A DNA stretch of 63,361 nt, filler included, from Candidatus Woesearchaeota archaeon (lineage in GTDB: Archaea; Nanobdellota; Nanobdellia; Woesearchaeales; B72-G16), in NCBI GenBank assembly GCA_003650545.1. It is 7 parts of 7 records of this genome, joined end to end, with 100 filler letters (N's around TTAATTAATTAA, not from the genome) between each part and the next. Parts side by side here need not be neighbours in the genome. Positions count along the whole stretch, not along the records: positions 55,392 to 63,361 come from QMQO01000048.1; 6 more parts are not named here. The stretch is one strand, 5' to 3'. The position numbers were made by a program, and so were the translations under genes. Shown here in pieces: positions 60,533-63,361 of the stretch; position 1 is the stretch's first letter, and every line of letters begins with the position of its first letter. The notes below the pieces were generated by a model. It worked only from the letters and a program-made list of their open reading frames with translations, searched no databases and had not been told where the DNA came from.

Positions 60533-61681
60533 ATGGTAGAGAAACGTTATATTAAAAATCCAGCTGTGAAACTCATCATATGGCCCTACAAACAAACAAT
60601 AGAAAAAGAACCACTTTATCAAGATGACACAGATGTGAATATTACTGTTGGAACTGAAAAAGCATTTTACTTTGACGAAGATCCAAGCGACATTACTGAT
60701 TATTTATCGATGTTACGCGGCAGCCCAGATAATGACACACCCGGTGAAGCATATATTAAACTTCCGTCAGAATCAACCGCTTCATGGCATTTACTTGAAC
60801 AATTTGCATATAAATTCACGACAGATGAAACTATTCCTGCAGGCAAATGGACATTGAAGTTAGTTTATGCAGCAGACACTCCTGGAGGAGCACCAATGAA
60901 ATATAGCATTTATAAGCGTACTATTGGTGGAACTGAGACATTGTTATTTGAGCATCAGTTCGGCGACACTTGGAATACTAACGGTCAGATAGACGCGGAA
61001 ATAGAAACTAAGACAATCACACAGTCATTTAGTTTTAGTGCAGGCGAATATCTCGTCGTAAAAGTATATGTGAAGTCAAGAACTGATTACTCAGTTGAAT
61101 ACTGGCTTTATTATGGAACATCAAGTTATGATTCAGGTCTATATCCGCCTGTAAGAGCTGAATATACAGTTTATCAAAATACTATAACGGATATTGATTT
61201 TCCAGCAGTTGAAACTCAAATTGACAGCATACTTAACGCAACAATAAATGAAGGCGACATCGACATTTACCTTAAAATAAATGATAATGTTATAAATTCA
61301 ATTCTGAACTGGTCGCCAGCAACATATGGAGCGTTTGAAGACATCACACTTGCAAATAAAGAGTCAATGAGTGGAGGCGGTGTATTAAAAGTAACAATAA
61401 TAATGAAGAAGATTGGGCAAACATTTCAAGCTAATTACTGGAATTATAAGCGCTTTCATTATTATGGTAAGAATCCGGTGACGCCGGCTGACTTTAATTG
61501 CAGCGTGTTGCAGTTAATGGAGTATAGTGCTTCAACTTCATTTTTAGTAGTTTTAAATGATGATTTAAGTGAATTTATTAATGAGAGTGTGACGAATGAG
61601 ACGATTAGGAGTGTTCAGCCGCGCTGCACAAAAGTTGAAGTGCTTAGTGGAACGCCGACATTGATTTTTAAGGGATGGTAG
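60533..61681 (+). CDS. Putative virion/tail-associated beta-rich protein
   Basis: Last gene of the tail operon; beta-strand-rich. Confidence 0.6.
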   Translation: MVEKRYIKNPAVKLIIWPYKQTIEKEPLYQDDTDVNITVGTEKAFYFDEDPSDITDYLSMLRGSPDNDTPGEAYIKLPSESTASWHLLEQFAYKFTTDETIPAGKWTLKLVYAADTPGGAPMKYSIYKRTIGGTETLLFEHQFGDTWNTNGQIDAEIETKTITQSFSFSAGEYLVVKVYVKSRTDYSVEYWLYYGTSSYDSGLYPPVRAEYTVYQNTITDIDFPAVETQIDSILNATINEGDIDIYLKINDNVINSILNWSPATYGAFEDITLANKESMSGGGVLKVTIIMKKIGQTFQANYWNYKRFHYYGKNPVTPADFNCSVLQLMEYSASTSFLVVLNDDLSEFINESVTNETIRSVQPRCTKVEVLSGTPTLIFKGW

Positions 61682-62057
61682 TTTTCTGTTTTGCTTCAAT
61701 CATGCGGCGATAAATTGCCGGCTGCACTTCTTCAATGTTCTTTACATCGAAAACCATGTTATGCCTTACGTCAAACTCATCTTTATATGTTAACACCATG
61801 TAGAGCTTCTTCTTTTTCAATGCAAATGCAAGAATATTCAGTAAGAGTAAGCGCATAACCGTTAATTTTTCTTTTGTCATGCTCTGCACATTCTCTATCT
61901 GTTCATAACGAATTTTTAATGGCATTTCCGGTATAAAGATGTGATCTGGCAATAACTGTATTTCACATTTCATTGGTTTTGGAAAAGCGGAATGTCCACC
62001 TAGATATTTCGCTTTGTAACCGATTTTTTCTTTTCGCTTAAAGATCATTTTCATCAC
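61668..62057 (-). CDS. Small PH-like-domain hypothetical protein coupled to the integrase
   Basis: KYLGGH...IRYEQIENV pattern; overlaps the integrase stop. Confidence 0.6.
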   Translation of the reverse strand: MMKMIFKRKEKIGYKAKYLGGHSAFPKPMKCEIQLLPDHIFIPEMPLKIRYEQIENVQSMTKEKLTVMRLLLLNILAFALKKKKLYMVLTYKDEFDVRHNMVFDVKNIEEVQPAIYRRMIEAKQKTTIP

Positions 62058-63210
62058 TATTCACAGTTTCTGCCAAGATTTTTAATATAATTTCTCGTTT
62101 TGTCTCATCGTTTTTTAATGCATTAACTATGATTTGCTTTATTATTTCAATAATTTTTTCTTCAGTATTAAGACTTTCAAGAATCCGCGACTCATCCAAC
62201 AGTAAGCCGCATTTGAAGCAGAATTTCGCGTTGCTTTGATTGAGCGTGTTGCAGCGTGGACAGCGCTTCGGCTTATCATTGAGTTGTGGTTTTTCAGCTT
62301 CCTTTATGCCATAGTATTCGAGGAGTTTCGGTTCTAAGTCGCGGCCCGAAAGATGTACATATACGGCTGGCATTCGGCTGCTTTTGCTCCATCCTGCGAA
62401 TAATTTTAGTTCTTGCTCAGTTAATATTTTTGCGAGTTCAGTTAAGCGTGAGTGTCGTAGTAGGTGTGGGTGGACATGTTTTTTGATGCCGGCCTGCTTT
62501 GCTAGGTTTACGAGAGTGTATTTGTAGATGAATTTGCAGCGCGGCTTATACTTGTGTTCGCCTGGAAATAGATATGCATTTGGATCGTCGCGGTATGGGT
62601 GAACGTTAAGCCACATTTGCAGGTATGGGGCGCTTTCAATTAATCTTATTCTTCGCTTACCGGTTTTTCCACGCAAAATTATGACGGCGCCATACTCATC
62701 GATTTTTACGTCTTTAATTTTAAGTTTGCGGAATTCGTCGAGTCGGGCTGCGCTTTCATACATCATTGCTACTATTGCTTTATCGCGTATGCTTCTTGCT
62801 GTTTCAATTAGCTTTCTAATTTCTTCGCGTGAAAGTATATCGCTTAAATCGACTTTTGTATCGGCAATTTTACTTACTTTGATCCACTTTACGCATTGCG
62901 GATAAATTTCATCATTGCCGAGCAGCCACTTATAGAAGCGCTTTAACATGACTTTAAGAACATTAATTGTTGACTCCTCATATCTATCTTGCAGAGATAT
63001 TATGAAGTTTACAATGTCATTTTTCGTCACATCTTCAAACCGCTTATCACCGAGAAAATGAGATAAAGCACGTAAAGTAATCAAATAATGCTTTATGCGG
63101 CCGTAACTCAAATCTTGACTTTTAAGATGAAGACAAAATTGACGAGCAACTTCACGGTGAACTGGAAGCATCTCATCAATATAAGATTCAAGCGGCTTCA
63201 AGTAACCCAC
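62038..63210 (-). CDS. Tyrosine integrase with C-terminal zinc ribbon (archaeal, SNJ2-like)
   Basis: ESAAR, GKTG, HPHLLRHSR, GW, VYVHL (catalytic Tyr), CPRC...CFKC. Confidence 0.93.
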   Translation of the reverse strand: MGYLKPLESYIDEMLPVHREVARQFCLHLKSQDLSYGRIKHYLITLRALSHFLGDKRFEDVTKNDIVNFIISLQDRYEESTINVLKVMLKRFYKWLLGNDEIYPQCVKWIKVSKIADTKVDLSDILSREEIRKLIETARSIRDKAIVAMMYESAARLDEFRKLKIKDVKIDEYGAVIILRGKTGKRRIRLIESAPYLQMWLNVHPYRDDPNAYLFPGEHKYKPRCKFIYKYTLVNLAKQAGIKKHVHPHLLRHSRLTELAKILTEQELKLFAGWSKSSRMPAVYVHLSGRDLEPKLLEYYGIKEAEKPQLNDKPKRCPRCNTLNQSNAKFCFKCGLLLDESRILESLNTEEKIIEIIKQIIVNALKNDETKREIILKILAETVNSDENDL

Positions 63211-63361
63211 CTTCTAAATATCGAGATTCATATTTAAATTCAGCTGGAATATGAACAAAAGAGCAAACAACCTAATAAAGGAGGTATTCAGTAGAGCTAA
63301 AAACTCCGGTAAAAGTAAAACATACTTGGACCTTGGAGATCCAACTTCAAAGAAGGATGAA

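Larger units (their letters stand above)
55392..63361. mobile_element. Archaeal tailed (pro)virus fragment: tail module and integrase
   Basis: gp10-like, tape measure, tail/adhesin genes, archaeal-type tyrosine integrase. Confidence 0.85.

Noticed and set aside
1..63361. Functional links between genes on different segments (for example RuBisCO with the provirus)
   Set aside because: Segments are separate contigs joined by artificial spacers and differ in composition and taxonomy

Overview
This is not one locus. Seven unrelated contigs are joined by 100-nt N spacers carrying TTAATTAATTAA, and their lengths decrease, consistent with a size-sorted metagenome concatenation. (1) 1-9345, DPANN-type archaeon (Micrarchaeota-like, inferred): MacB-type ABC exporter operon, lemA-htpX, a ~340-bp IS200/IS605-derived element keeping an omegaRNA-like end, a two-intron tRNA-Glu with a periodic 55-bp hairpin leader, tmk, an aminotransferase and pilin-like genes. 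(2) 9446-18723, phage or ICE early/leading-type region: ~30 small co-oriented ORFs, RadC, a pentapeptide-repeat protein and structured non-coding repeats. (3) 18824-28080, GC-rich prophage replication module: primase-helicase, a Walker-A-dead paralog of its helicase domain, an iteron-like origin, and an AT-rich SF1 helicase-Vsr gene that replaced part of the module. (4) 28181-37411, Woesearchaeota-like: LivJ-type binding protein, TrmB regulator, HhH-GPD glycosylase and a giant surface protein. (5) 37512-46473, Woesearchaeota-like: gatC, archaeal SAM synthetase, radical SAM, LysM-lytic transglycosylase and bacterial-type AspRS. (6) 46574-55291, DPANN: two large unknown or secreted proteins, beta-CASP RNase, form III RuBisCO and aIF5B. 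(7) 55392-63361, archaeal tailed provirus: tail module and integrase. Best leads: the pseudo-ATPase helicase paralog with the helicase-nuclease replacement (contig 3), the stand-alone omegaRNA and 55-bp tRNA-leader units (contig 1), the archaeal peptidoglycan lyase (contig 5) and the LamG cassettes (contig 7). All calls come from motif recognition by eye; no searches were run.
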